DNA of 63,767 nt, filler included, from Conidiobolus incongruus B7586 (lineage: Eukaryota), in assembly GCA_000697335.1 (NCBI GenBank). It is 12 parts of 12 records of this genome, joined end to end, with 100 filler letters (N's around TTAATTAATTAA, not from the genome) between each part and the next. Parts side by side here need not be neighbours in the genome. Positions count along the whole stretch, not along the records: positions 35,914 to 48,689 come from JNEM01006955.1; positions 48,790 to 51,027 come from JNEM01006960.1; 10 more parts are not named here. The stretch is one strand, 5' to 3'. Each line of letters begins with the position of its first letter. The first letter of the stretch is position 1. The notes beneath the pieces are model-generated. The model worked only from the letters and a program-made list of their open reading frames with translations. It made no database searches and was not told the origin of the DNA. Below, piece by piece: positions 38,461 to 50,900 of the stretch. The position numbers were made by a program, and so were the translations under genes.

Positions 38461-39363
38461 ATGACAAATTCGATTATTGTTAGAGTTTTACTGTGTTTAT
38501 TATTATTATTCCACTATTTAGCTTTGATTTTGAACCTTGGGTTCAGCAATACGAGGCTGGTTACATATAGGCCCATAACTACAACTACAAGGAATTCTAC
38601 TGGAACTACATCCACGAGATATACTACCACCACAAATGCTAGAACTATTACAAGAACATACCCAACTACTACAACGACCAGAACTTATGCCACTACTACT
38701 CAAACATATCGTGCAACTACTGCCACAGTTCCATTACATGTTGCAGCTACACATCAAACAAATGTAGCATTATCGCCAACAAAAACCACGAGTACTTCAA
38801 CTGCTACAGCGGGTACAAATGGAATATCCACTAAGGCCAATGTAGCAATAGGAGCAACTACAACAGCACCTTCAGCTACAACAGCTTCCAGCTCCACCTC
38901 TGGAGTACCATTACCACTATCAGCACTTACACAAAATCCCTTTGACATCCAATTGATGGCTTGTTTAGTGAATTACCAACGATCCCTCAAGGGTGCAGCA
39001 CCATTAAGTATCAATTCGGTACTTACCCAAGCAGCCCTAAAGCATAGTATTGATCAAGCGCGATACAAGAACATGACACATTCAAGCTCAGATGGTGGTA
39101 CATTGGTTACTCGTATGGACAATGCTGCCTACCCAGGACGATATGTTGCCGAAAACGTTGCTTGGAATCAAAAGTCGGTACAACAAGTAGTTCAAGCTTG
39201 GGTAGATTCTCCAGGGCATTATGCGAATATGATCAATCCCAAGTACACCGAATTCGGCGCTGCCTGTGTCAATTGGTATTGGACCTTCGACTTTGGATCG
39301 ACGAGTGGCCAAGGAAATATCATTCCCAATTGCTCAAAATATTCCATACCCTCTAGCCCTTAA
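38461..39363 (+). CDS. Secreted CAP (SCP/PR-1) domain protein with long Thr-rich linker
   Basis: Signal peptide, Thr-rich stalk, and CAP motifs AALKHS, AENVA, WVDSPGHYANM. Confidence 0.9.
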   Translation: MTNSIIVRVLLCLLLLFHYLALILNLGFSNTRLVTYRPITTTTRNSTGTTSTRYTTTTNARTITRTYPTTTTTRTYATTTQTYRATTATVPLHVAATHQTNVALSPTKTTSTSTATAGTNGISTKANVAIGATTTAPSATTASSSTSGVPLPLSALTQNPFDIQLMACLVNYQRSLKGAAPLSINSVLTQAALKHSIDQARYKNMTHSSSDGGTLVTRMDNAAYPGRYVAENVAWNQKSVQQVVQAWVDSPGHYANMINPKYTEFGAACVNWYWTFDFGSTSGQGNIIPNCSKYSIPSSP

Positions 39364-41517
39364 CAAATATCTTTTATTTTTAATTTTTTGTAAGATTTGA
39401 AATCTAAATTTATATTATTTAAGTATATTATATATTATATATTATATATTAAAAATATTTATCAAATAAATTATATTAGCTATTAATTTATTAATAATTT
39501 TATTTTATTAATTAATATAAATAAATTACAGTAAATTTTTAATTATATATATATATATATATATGTTATTCAAGTAATATTTGATCAAATTTACTTAGTT
39601 ATTTCTAAATAAATATTTTTTAAATATATATAATTAGCATTATAACTCTAGTATAAAATATTGTATGTAATTTCAAGAAGTTATGGACTAAATGAATTTT
39701 AAATAATGTGTCAATATAAATTATGAATAATGATATATTGATTTTAATCAGTTTTGTGATTTGATCTAAAGGAATTAATTTTAAATAAATTAATATATGT
39801 CCAGTCTTCAAATTTAACAATTAAATTTAATAAAATATTATATAACTGAAGATATATCTATTAACTATTATTTTTATTATATAGAAAAATAAACTTAATT
39901 GATATAGAATTTTAAAGATTTAATTGAAATTTATCCAAATTCAAGGTTCAACTCAATTTTAAAAATCTCAAATATATACTCTTTCATCTGTCAAGATCAA
40001 AAAATACAAGATTAAGATTTAAAAAGATATTTATTTACTAAATTTACATTATACCTTGAGAATAATACTTAAATTAATAATCAGTAAATTCTATAAAAAT
40101 GAAAGTTCAAAAAATTAAGATTTGAGCAAATAATGAGGTAAATTTATTTAAGGAAAAATTTAGATTATAAAATTTTTAATCAATGTTATGATATAGTAAA
40201 TATTTCAAATTCTCTTTATGCATTTCATACTAAATAGTTTTAATATAAATTACATAACTTTAACTATTATTTGTTTGATAGATTAAATTAATTTTTTATT
40301 TTGACAATTGTATAAAAATTTTAATAATATTAATAAAATGAAATTTTGAATATTAAATATTAATTATTTATCAAATATATTAATCAGTTCATTTTAATAA
40401 ACCTTTAAATTACAGTTAAAATGGTTTTACTATATTTTATTATTACATATTATATAATTCAAATATAAATCTACATTAATAAACCAAACCAAATTCTTTC
40501 AAATTTGATATTTGAATATGAAAATGAACTGTATTATATTAATCATTAACTTATTTAGAGGACTATAAAAACCAAGTAATCTATAAAAATTTTAAATATA
40601 ATAAATGATAACTTAAAAGTGGTACATAATCTAAGAACCAAATATCTCATTCAAAATCAAGTTAACCTTAGTCAATAACCCTGAAATTAAAGCAATTTTT
40701 GCATTGAATTTTAACAGATAAACTGATTTAGCCCACGAGACTTGGCAATACAAAGTTAGAATTAAATATAAATTTTTTAATCACTCCCTAAAATTACTTG
40801 AAATTTATGTAAAACGATGGAATTAAGTTTGTATAAATAGAATAATAAGCTCTATGGTTCTAATCATTAACCTTAATTATTTTATATTTAACTTAATCAT
40901 TTTAAGTTAATCATGATGAAAAATATCTTTGTAAGAATTTTACTGTGTTTGCTATTATCTACTTACTCGGCTTTGGTCTTGAATCTTGGTAACCTACTGA
41001 GATATAATAGCTATCCTGCTACAAAGACACAATTATATCCAAAATATGGTAGATCGGTAACACCCCAAAGTACAAGCTATAGTCCTAATCCTAGTCCTAC
41101 TCCCAACTCTAGCCCCGAATTGCCGCTACCACTATCATCGCTTAAACAAAATCCCTTTGACATCCAATTGATGGCTTGTTTAGTGAATTACCAACGATCC
41201 CTCAAGGGTGCAGCACCATTAAGTATCAATTCGGTACTTACCCAAGCAGCCCTAAAGCATAGTATTGATCAAGCGCGATACAAGAACATGACACATTCAA
41301 GCTCAGATGGTGATACATTGGTTACTCGTATGGACAATGCTGCCTACCCAGGACGATATGTTGCCGAAAACGTTGCTTGGAATCAAAAGTCGGTACAACA
41401 AGTAGTTAAAGCTTGGGTAGATTCTCCAGGGCATTATGCGAATATGATCAATCCCAAGTACACCGAATTCGGCGCTGCCTGTGTCAATTGGTATTGGACC
41501 TTCGACTTTGGATCGAC
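38931..41517 (+). repeat. 372-bp direct repeat (38931-39302 = 41146-41517), 2 mismatches
   Basis: Base-by-base reading found only GGT/GAT and CAA/AAA differences. Confidence 0.9.
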
Positions 41518-41578
41518 TACTGGTGAGAGTAATACCATCCCAAATTGTGATCAGTACTCCATTTATAATAATTCCTAA
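40913..41578 (+). CDS. Secreted CAP (SCP/PR-1) domain protein, tandem paralog with short Pro/Ser linker
   Basis: Signal peptide. CAP domain nearly identical to the upstream gene. Confidence 0.9.
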   Translation: MMKNIFVRILLCLLLSTYSALVLNLGNLLRYNSYPATKTQLYPKYGRSVTPQSTSYSPNPSPTPNSSPELPLPLSSLKQNPFDIQLMACLVNYQRSLKGAAPLSINSVLTQAALKHSIDQARYKNMTHSSSDGDTLVTRMDNAAYPGRYVAENVAWNQKSVQQVVKAWVDSPGHYANMINPKYTEFGAACVNWYWTFDFGSTTGESNTIPNCDQYSIYNNS

Positions 41579-43882
41579 GTTTCAAACCACTTTTGACTCA
41601 GGAATGAATATTATAGAAACTCTAATTATTTATTCTTATAGATATAATTATGAAATATAATAAATCATCATATTTAATACTTTATTAATATTCAGAATCA
41701 ATATGTATTTCTGTCGTGAAATTAATTTACACTTTTAATCATATATTTTTATATTAGATTAAAATTCGAATATAATTTATATTATTAAATATCAACTCTA
41801 ATTGATAGAGTGAAATCTTTTCACTTATTAATATTGACTTCAATATTTACTTTATATAAAAAGATTGATGACATATTATTCAGATTCAATATTACATTTC
41901 TAATTTAATATAATAAATATATTTATTTTATACTTTATTTTCTTTGTTGATTATGACTTTATATTATATTAAAATTCAAATTAAATTTCTAAATAATAAT
42001 AATACCTGATATTCTTAAATATAATATTATTTATAAATTTTATTAAATCAAAATTTTTATATCATGATAAATTTGATTTAAAAAACTTAATTTTAATAAT
42101 AATTCAAATAATAAATAATTTTAAAAAAATATATATATTTATAAAAGATTATAAAAGCTTTAAAATTAATAGTATTGATTACTTCGTTAAATACTTGCCA
42201 TGAAATTATTAGATTGGGATAGTTATTACTTCCATTAATACACTTTAAATTACAACAGTTAAAAATATAGAATAATTCAATTGATTTTAATACACAATCA
42301 ATGTGTATGTTAAATACAAAATAGATATTTGTATATAATAAGGTATATATAAATAATAACTGACTAATAATTGCACCATATTCATTTATCAGAAAATGTC
42401 AATTCAATTAATTAAATATTGACAAATTTTTAAAATAATGAAAAATGAATAATTTTAAAAATATTTCATTGTATAAAGGTATAATAATAGTAAATAAATA
42501 TTAATAAAATATTTTTAAACTAAATTTATGATTTAATTTCATATTGAAATAAATGTTTATAATTTTTGAAAATTTTATCAATATTCTTAGTAATATTTTT
42601 CTTCATATATGAAGAAATTTCAAAAAAAAACTATATATACAATGAAGTAAAAAATAAAAATCTCAAAAAAAGCACCTTAAAGTTGTCAATCATTAAATCC
42701 AATTTTAATCCCTAAAAATAAAGATGCAAAATTATATCACTCAGGGGCTTTACCACCATGTGGTCAAGAACTCGAACATTACTTGCAAACATTTGATTTA
42801 GTTATAATTGTCAATAAATAAAATAATTTTACTTTAGTATAATTTGGGCTGATTAAATTGGTAAATTGTAAGAATTTGAATTACTTTGTATTGGGAGCTA
42901 ATATTTGCTTTAAAAAAGATCTGAGACTTTAGGGATTTGTTATTGATTGTGAAATTGTATGGATTTTTTTTTATATTAAATTCTAAAACCTTTGAATTGG
43001 ATTATTCATAATTGTTCAATTGCAATTATAATGAAGAAAAAATGATTTTTAATAATTTAATAAAAAAATGATGACAAAATAATATCCAAATAATGTGTGT
43101 GAGCACTAGTTACAAAGATTAAATATCCCTCAAAATGAAATAAAAATTTACAAAGAAATCTCTAATTACCTCAACACAGTTTTTGATGATATCATTTTTT
43201 ATAATACTCAGGCATAATAAAGATTTGCTCATGTTCTCAATCTTGACTAGAATGCATGAAAGGTCATATCGGTTAATTGATCATAAGATTTAAAATATTT
43301 CTAAATACTTTAACATTAATGAAGAATTTAATTAATTTCAAATATTACAATTTTAACCTAGTTCTAAAAGAAGTAAATTGAAGGACTTTTATCTCAGTGA
43401 TAAATCTAAAGAGATTATATTATTATTTCTAAAATAAAATAAAAAAAAGATAAATTGAAACTATAGTTTTAAACAAATAATTACCCATCTAAAATTATTT
43501 AATATCTAAAAATAAAAAATCTCTGAGTTACGCCAGACATTTGAATTTGTAAAATTTGAATCTTTCGAAAACTGATTCAAAGTTGAATTTCAAGTATGCT
43601 TGCATGAATTAACCTGAATTAGTACTCAACAGTCAAAGGTTGTTATGTATACGAGTTTATTAAGCAATACAGTAAAAAATTCGGTTATTGATTAATATCA
43701 CTCAGGTATAATAATATAGAAGTGTAATTTACAATTGGATAAGGGTAAATTTTGGTAAAAAAATATAATTACAAGAGCTTTTGACTAATTGGGAAGAGAT
43801 GAGTAGTTCCGAATAAATGTTAATTCCGTGATCTTTCAATTCGCGTTAAACACTTACGTGTTGGGGTTCAGTGTGTAGTAAT

Positions 43883-45597
43883 TTACAATACTTTGAAAAG
43901 TTCCAAGCCTAACCCATTAGGCAAGAAATTTGAGTCTTTGGAAGATGTGCTGATGTCTATAGAATGGTCATACAGTGGTTTCGAGCCGATCGAATCAATT
44001 TTTTCTTCCATGAGATGAATCAGTTCTTGCGCCAAACTATCAAATTTATCCATTTGTACTGGCTTGACCTTTTCTTGAGATGGTATAACGTCCTGGAACA
44101 TTGTGGCCAGTGAACTTGGTGGCTTCGGACTTACTCCTATATCAAATCGATTAGGCTGAAAGCTTCGGGGTAGACTTCGGGTACCGATTTTATCCGTATG
44201 GTAAAGAGACACTCGGTTTAATTTTTCGCTTTGACAGCCAGTGAATTTCCAGTCCAGTTGAGTTGACAGGCGTCTAGCATGTGCAAATTGGGAAGAATCA
44301 ATATTAGAGAGTCGGCGTAGCTGAGGTGATCGAGTAGAGGAATTTGGAGTTCCAACATTAGAACTGGAGTTGGAAGGAGTCCTGTCTGATTGATAAATGT
44401 CAAATACACAGTTAGGTCGCCGCTTGATTTGTCTTTTTTGAAGGCTACTAGCATGGGAAATAGCTGGTGATAATTTATATCGATCGCTGTCCATAAAGCT
44501 GTTAGACATAGGGGAATGATTGGGTAAGTCAGGAAGTGAGGTATCAAGCACTTGATTCATATCAGGTGTTTTGAGATCATATATAGGAACAGGAAAACTG
44601 TTTAGGCAGGGATGAGTAAGTAATTCGCAAGCTTTAGGTCGCTTGAGCGGATCGAGTTGGAGAGTGGAAATGATTAAATGGATCAATTCGTTCGTTATGT
44701 GAGGATACGACATTTGTAGTTGATAAATCAGGGTTGGATCACCGACCGAAGGGAAACGATATCCCATGACAAGGCCCATTTGCACACCCAAATCCCAAGA
44801 TCCGCCAAGAGAATTTGCGCAATCAGGCCTACCGATTACTGAGCATATTTTGTATAACTGATCAATTTCATTATCACCTGGTAAGAGAGGTTTCCTCAAA
44901 ACTAGTTCAGTAATAATACACCCCAAAGCCCAGATATCAATGGGACAGCCATAATCTTTACAACCCAGAAGTACCTCAGGAGCACGATACCACCTTGTAC
45001 TAACATACTTGGTCAATTTTTTATTTAAGTCAACTTCTCTGCATAGTCCAAAGTCGGCAATTTTAATGCTATTTCCTTTTAACAGTATATTCTCGGGTTT
45101 TAAATCTCTATGAAAGTAACCACTTTGGTGCATATAATTTAAACCTTGACATACTTCTTTAGTAATATATTGAATAAAGTTTAATGGAATTAGGTTGGTT
45201 TTAAAATTATTTAAATATTCCAATAAATTCTCTTCCATATATTCAAAAATAAAATAAATGCAATTGGTTTTGGTGATTAAATTATAACATTGAATTAAAT
45301 TGTTATGTTTTAAATTTTTTAAAGCCTATTATAATATAATATTAATGTATAATTAATAAAGTGGAATTCTGAATATATACCCTAATTTCTCTATTGTTAG
45401 CTTTGGGATTAAAATCGAATAATTTTTTATGTATTTTTTTAATAGCAACCTAAATTTAATAAATTAATATTAAATAAAATTATGAAATTAAATAGAATAA
45501 AATAAATTACCACTTGGTTAGTTTTATTATCAATCGCTTTATACACTTGACCAAAAGCACCACTATTCACTTGTTTACAAATGGAATATTGGTCCAT
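43883..45597 (-). CDS. Ime2/MAK/ICK-like CMGC Ser/Thr kinase; exons 45511-45597, 45381-45449, 43883-45325
   Basis: VAIKK, FEYMEENL, FHRDLKPEN, DFG and TKYVSTRWYRAPE motifs. Two GT-AG introns restore the N-lobe. Confidence 0.9.
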
Positions 45598-48500
45598 AAA
45601 TACTAAATAATAGTTCAATAAGTGTACACAAGAGACGAAGTAAGGAAAGGGTCCAAATAAATAGGAATGATTGATAAAACTACTAAATAATCAACTAGAA
45701 TTAAAGGGAATATAAAGGGACGACTATCAATAAAAGTTAACTAATCAATGAAACTAAAGTTTAAAAAGAGGGATTACATCAATGAGAGTGATGTGATTAT
45801 ATTTATATAGAAACTTTATTTATAAAATGCTAAAAAATTAGCTTTTCTTAATCACTGAATGATTAATTGGACCCAAAAATTTTACTTTTGATTAATGATT
45901 CAATAAGCCGTAATTCAATATTCACTTAGTGTGTTTGATTGGTTAAGTGTTTAGTAATGTTGGTAGAGTAGTTTGATTTAGCTCACTCAAATGTTACCTA
46001 AATAGAATATCAATTAATTTCTTTATTTTCTAATTTCAAATTTGTGTTCAATCCTTTTTTCACTAGTGTCAGTTATTTAAATTCTTTTATTATTAGGCGT
46101 AAAAAATGCGAAAATGCTGGATATTACCAAAACAAGAAAGAGATAAAAAAATGGCCAACCAAAACGTTTGTTTCTTAATCTATTTAGCCTATTGGTTAAA
46201 TTAAAATCAGGCCAAGCTTAATTAATGCGAAATTATAGAAACATAAATTAATACAAATTGTTCAAATTTCTGATCCAAGCTCATAATATAAAAATTTTTG
46301 CCAGCCTTAGTTACATATTTAATGCAATCATTAATATTTTTTATTATAAAATCCTTAACAAAATTCGTTATATTGAACTACACGTTAAATTAAATAATAT
46401 ATTCTACTAAGAGTAAAAGATTTCCCAAGCCATTCCAAAATTTGCAGCAAATAATGTTTAAGGGTTAAATTAAACGATCAATTTATTAATTTATATTATA
46501 ATAATACTTTTTCTTAATATACCTAAAAAATTTAATAATTAAAATCTTAAAGGAAAAATCTAATACAAATTTTATCAATTAATTAATATTATGATAAATA
46601 CTCCAACAACTATTACTTATCATATTCTTATAATAGTTAATAACTTTAATTATTTTTTAATTTTTACACTACTATAACGAATCCAACTTAAAATATTTAT
46701 TATAAAATTATTTGTCAAAACAAGGGTTAATATAAATTGGTAAAATAGGAGAAATTTATATTGTCCTATTTTTAGTCAAAAATATATGATAGTTATAGTT
46801 AATAAAATTGAGGGTAAAAACAAATATATCATTTTTGTATTAGGGAATTTTAATTCAATAGTAACTCACAAATAGCTTTCATACTCATTTTAATATGCAC
46901 TAGTTAGATATTATTAAGTATTAATAACTCTGTACTTTTTTATTAATATAGAAAATTTCTATAATATATAATTGTTATAATAATATTGGGTTAATTATTA
47001 CAATTGCGTTTGGTGTCAGTATTGAATTCCATAAGTATAATTTTTATAAATTTTTATTTATTTATTATATTATATGTTTGTAAAAATAATTAATTTATTA
47101 AGTTTTGGGTTAATAATTTGATATTTTATTGAAAATTTTTACTTACTGCATATTGGCGTATATTTACACCAATATCTACCTCTCTTAACATTGATCAGTT
47201 ATAACTTTCAATTATTAATTAAAATCATTTTAATTTGAGCTGTGTATTATTTTAATCAATTGATATTTAAGTTTGAAATCATTATTTTATTTCACTTCAA
47301 AAATACCACTTCTTAATATTTTCATACCTTTATATACTTTTAAGGCTATATATTATTTTATTATTGATTAAATTGCTATATATAATTTTTTGGATAGCAA
47401 TATCTCTATTAATAAATTATTTAATCGTATTCATTTAAACATTGCAAAAATCTCTCAAATAATTTACTAAGATGAAAATATATTTTTAGTGTTCTATTGT
47501 TTATCATCAACTACTCTTTTCCATATTTTGATTTGAATCGGATGTCAGGGAATATTGAAATTTGAAAAAGTTTTGATTGAATTATTTAAATATATATTAA
47601 TTTCATAATATGATCTAATCAATTATCATAATACTTAAGATTGAATTCAATTAACTAAATATTCAAATTTAGTGATCCTAGTTCAGAGTGAATATAATAA
47701 ATAATCCATACATTAAATATGGTAAAAAGTTTCAATGTTAAGTTTTATTTTATTTTTGGTTTTAATGTTACAAAAAATGTAAATTAATTAAATTTAATAA
47801 TAATCCCTATATTATTAATAGAATTTTATTATTGCCAAGGTGTAAAATTCTGACATACTCTTAATAACTTAAACTAATGCAATTTAAAATAATTTATATT
47901 ATTTTACTTTGTGATTTAATAGTTCAAAAGCAACTATATTTAATTACAGCGTATTTTAATCCAATTTAATTATTTATTTATAATTTACTATATTTTGTTA
48001 TTTATTCAAATATTAATAATATAATTATTAAATATATTCAATTATATGAATATATGACAGTAATCCTTTATATTTAAGTATAAATAATTTGATATTTATG
48101 ATACTGTTTTTTAGCAGTACATTATTTTATTGTTTTAATTTTAAAGTTTTAAATATTTTGTTTAGTAGATTATTTTTTTAAATTAATATATAAATCATAT
48201 TATGAATATTCCTAATTTTAAGCTTAGATATATTAACATTTTTGTCATTATTAATATTTTATAACATTTAAAATAATAAATTGTTTACCTTCTATAACTT
48301 GTTTCAAATAATTATTTTATAAGATATTATCATATTAATATGAAATAACCAGATAATTTATTTTGTATTATTTTATATGTAATATTTTCTCTTAAAAATC
48401 CTAATATAAGTTGATATTTTATAAAGATCAATAATTTGAATAAAGAACTTTGTAAGAGATAATTCATATTTTAAATTATTTATACTATGTAATTTTAATC

Positions 48501-48789
48501 TATTTTATTATATATAAATCTAATATGTAATTTAAGTAAGATTAATTGATTCTATAATAACTTAGGTAAATTATTTATAATTTTTATATAACCTCAAATT
48601 ATAATATAATTTAATAATATACTCTATTAGTAATTTTTAACATTATTTATTCTTAATAAATAATCAATATCAATAAATCATTAAATACTNNNNNNNNNNN
48701 NNNNNNNNNNNNNNNNNNNNNNNNNNNNNNNNNTTAATTAATTAANNNNNNNNNNNNNNNNNNNNNNNNNNNNNNNNNNNNNNNNNNNN

Positions 48790-49518
48790 ATTTTATTTCA
48801 AATCAAAAAATAAATAAATATTTTGATATCTATCTTATATAGTATTTTATATATTAAATTTTAAATTAAAAAAATATAAAAAAAATAATTAAGCTATTAT
48901 TAAGCTAAACTTATTAATTATTATTAAAAACTTAAACTTATAAAATATATAATTATAAATAATGAAATTTAAATATTTATTTATATTGTATATTAAATCA
49001 CAAATTAAAATGCTAAATTTTATGAAATTAACTGCTTTTATAAATTTTTTTAAATAAGTATTTTATTAATAAACAAATGTTGATAATAATAATATATTAT
49101 TTTATTATATATTATTTTCAATTAGTTTTTTAAATATTAATAATTAATAATTAACTTGATATATATTATTTTTATAAAATTATATCTAATTGATATTTTT
49201 ATTATAATTGAATAAAACTAAATATTTTGTATAATTATTTTAAAATATACAAATCTAAAGCTTTAATATATTTTAATATTAAAAATTAACAAAATTATAT
49301 ATAAAATACTTTGTAAATTATAAATTTTTTAATTATAATTGTTTTTGGCAATTAAAAAACCAAAATACTAAAAAGAAAATTTCTTCAAATAAATTTAATT
49401 AATATATAATATATCAAATTTCAGTTTTAAATATAAAAACTATTTTTAAAATATATGAAGTTTATTTATATTTAGTAAAAAAATATTGATTTTAAAAAAA
49501 AGTATTAATTTAATATTA
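48790..49518 (+). mobile_element. Older, heavily decayed mariner fragment (3' half)
   Basis: Matches 14850-15590 in patches (aaaatatacaaatctaaagct; attataattgtttttggcaattaaaaaacca; atatcaaatttcagtttt). Confidence 0.7.
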
Positions 49519-49520
49519 TG

Positions 49521-50900
49521 CATTAACTTGCAAAAATAAGTCATAAGATTAAAGTTACTTATATATTTACCTATATCTTAAATAACTCTTAATTAAATAA
49601 ATTTAAATTAAAATATATAATTTATCTATATTAGTTGATTATAACTAACTATATTTGATAAGATTTTGTTAGATATTTGTTAATATATTAAAATCTAAAT
49701 TTAACTAAGGTGAGTTATAAATTTGCTAGTTTATAAGTTAAAGGGGTATAAATAACAAAACATATATATATCTTTTTTTGCTTTTTTTATATTATATATA
49801 TTATAAAAATATAAAGCTAATATTTTAAAATTAATATTATAATGCTTAAATCTCTCTCTAAAAAAGTTTACTTATATATTAATCAACTTTATAATAAAAA
49901 TAATTTAACTTATATAATTGCTAGAATTATTAATATTAGCTAATTTATTATAATTAGGGTTATTAAAGATAATATTAAAGAAACACCTAAATTAAAACTT
50001 AAATATTTTAAAATTATAGATAGATATAATGAAAAGTATATTTATAGATTAATTAGACTAGGTAAATATAATATTACTATATAAATATAATAAGAATTAT
50101 AAAACTATATAAGAATATTAATTATTATTGATATTATTATATATACTTTATATTAGAATAAATATCTCTTATATCTTAAGAAAAAACACCCCTAACTAAA
50201 GAAGCCTTATTATAGGGTTAGATAAGAGTTTGAATATTAATATTAAAGTTAAATCAAAATTAACTAGAGTAAAGTTATTTAGTTTAATAAAACAAAGATA
50301 TATCTTAATAAACATAATAGAAAAGCTAGATGTTTCAAAAAAGATAAAAAACTACTTTATAACTATTATGTTATTATAACTTAAAAATATAATAATAGGT
50401 TAATTATAGTTTAAAGATATATATTATCTTTAAAAATATATTATCTTAGTAGGGTTAATAAGGGAATAAATGTTGAAATATAGTAAAGTGTTTTAAATAA
50501 TAAATTGAAAAAACTTTTAAGTGATATAGATTAAATTAATCAAATATTATATTCTAACAAGATAATGCTACTTATTATATTATAAATTTTACTATTAAAT
50601 AGCTTAAAAAAACAAAGTAACTATTATGAAATAACTTTTTCTAATCTTTTAATCTTAACCAATTGAATATCTTTGGGAATAACTAAAAAAATAATTTAAG
50701 CTTTTCCTTTAGCAAAAAATTTAAATTAATTTTAAAACTATATTTAAGAAGCTTAGAATAATATTAGTCTTGCTTAATATAAGAAACTAGTTAATTCTAT
50801 GCCTTATAAACTTAAAAATGGTAGAAAAGGAAAAAATAGATATACTAGATATTAATTTTTCTATTAACATTAAAATCTACAAATTTATAACTTTTTTAAA
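49521..50900 (+). mobile_element. Degenerate Tc1-like transposon
   Basis: Starts cattaacttgcaaaaataagtcataa, the reverse complement of the 582 and 60599 termini. Remnants LKKKHP, F*QDNA and LNQLNIFG (frameshifted LNPIEHLW) are readable. The 3' boundary is approximate. Confidence 0.8.
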
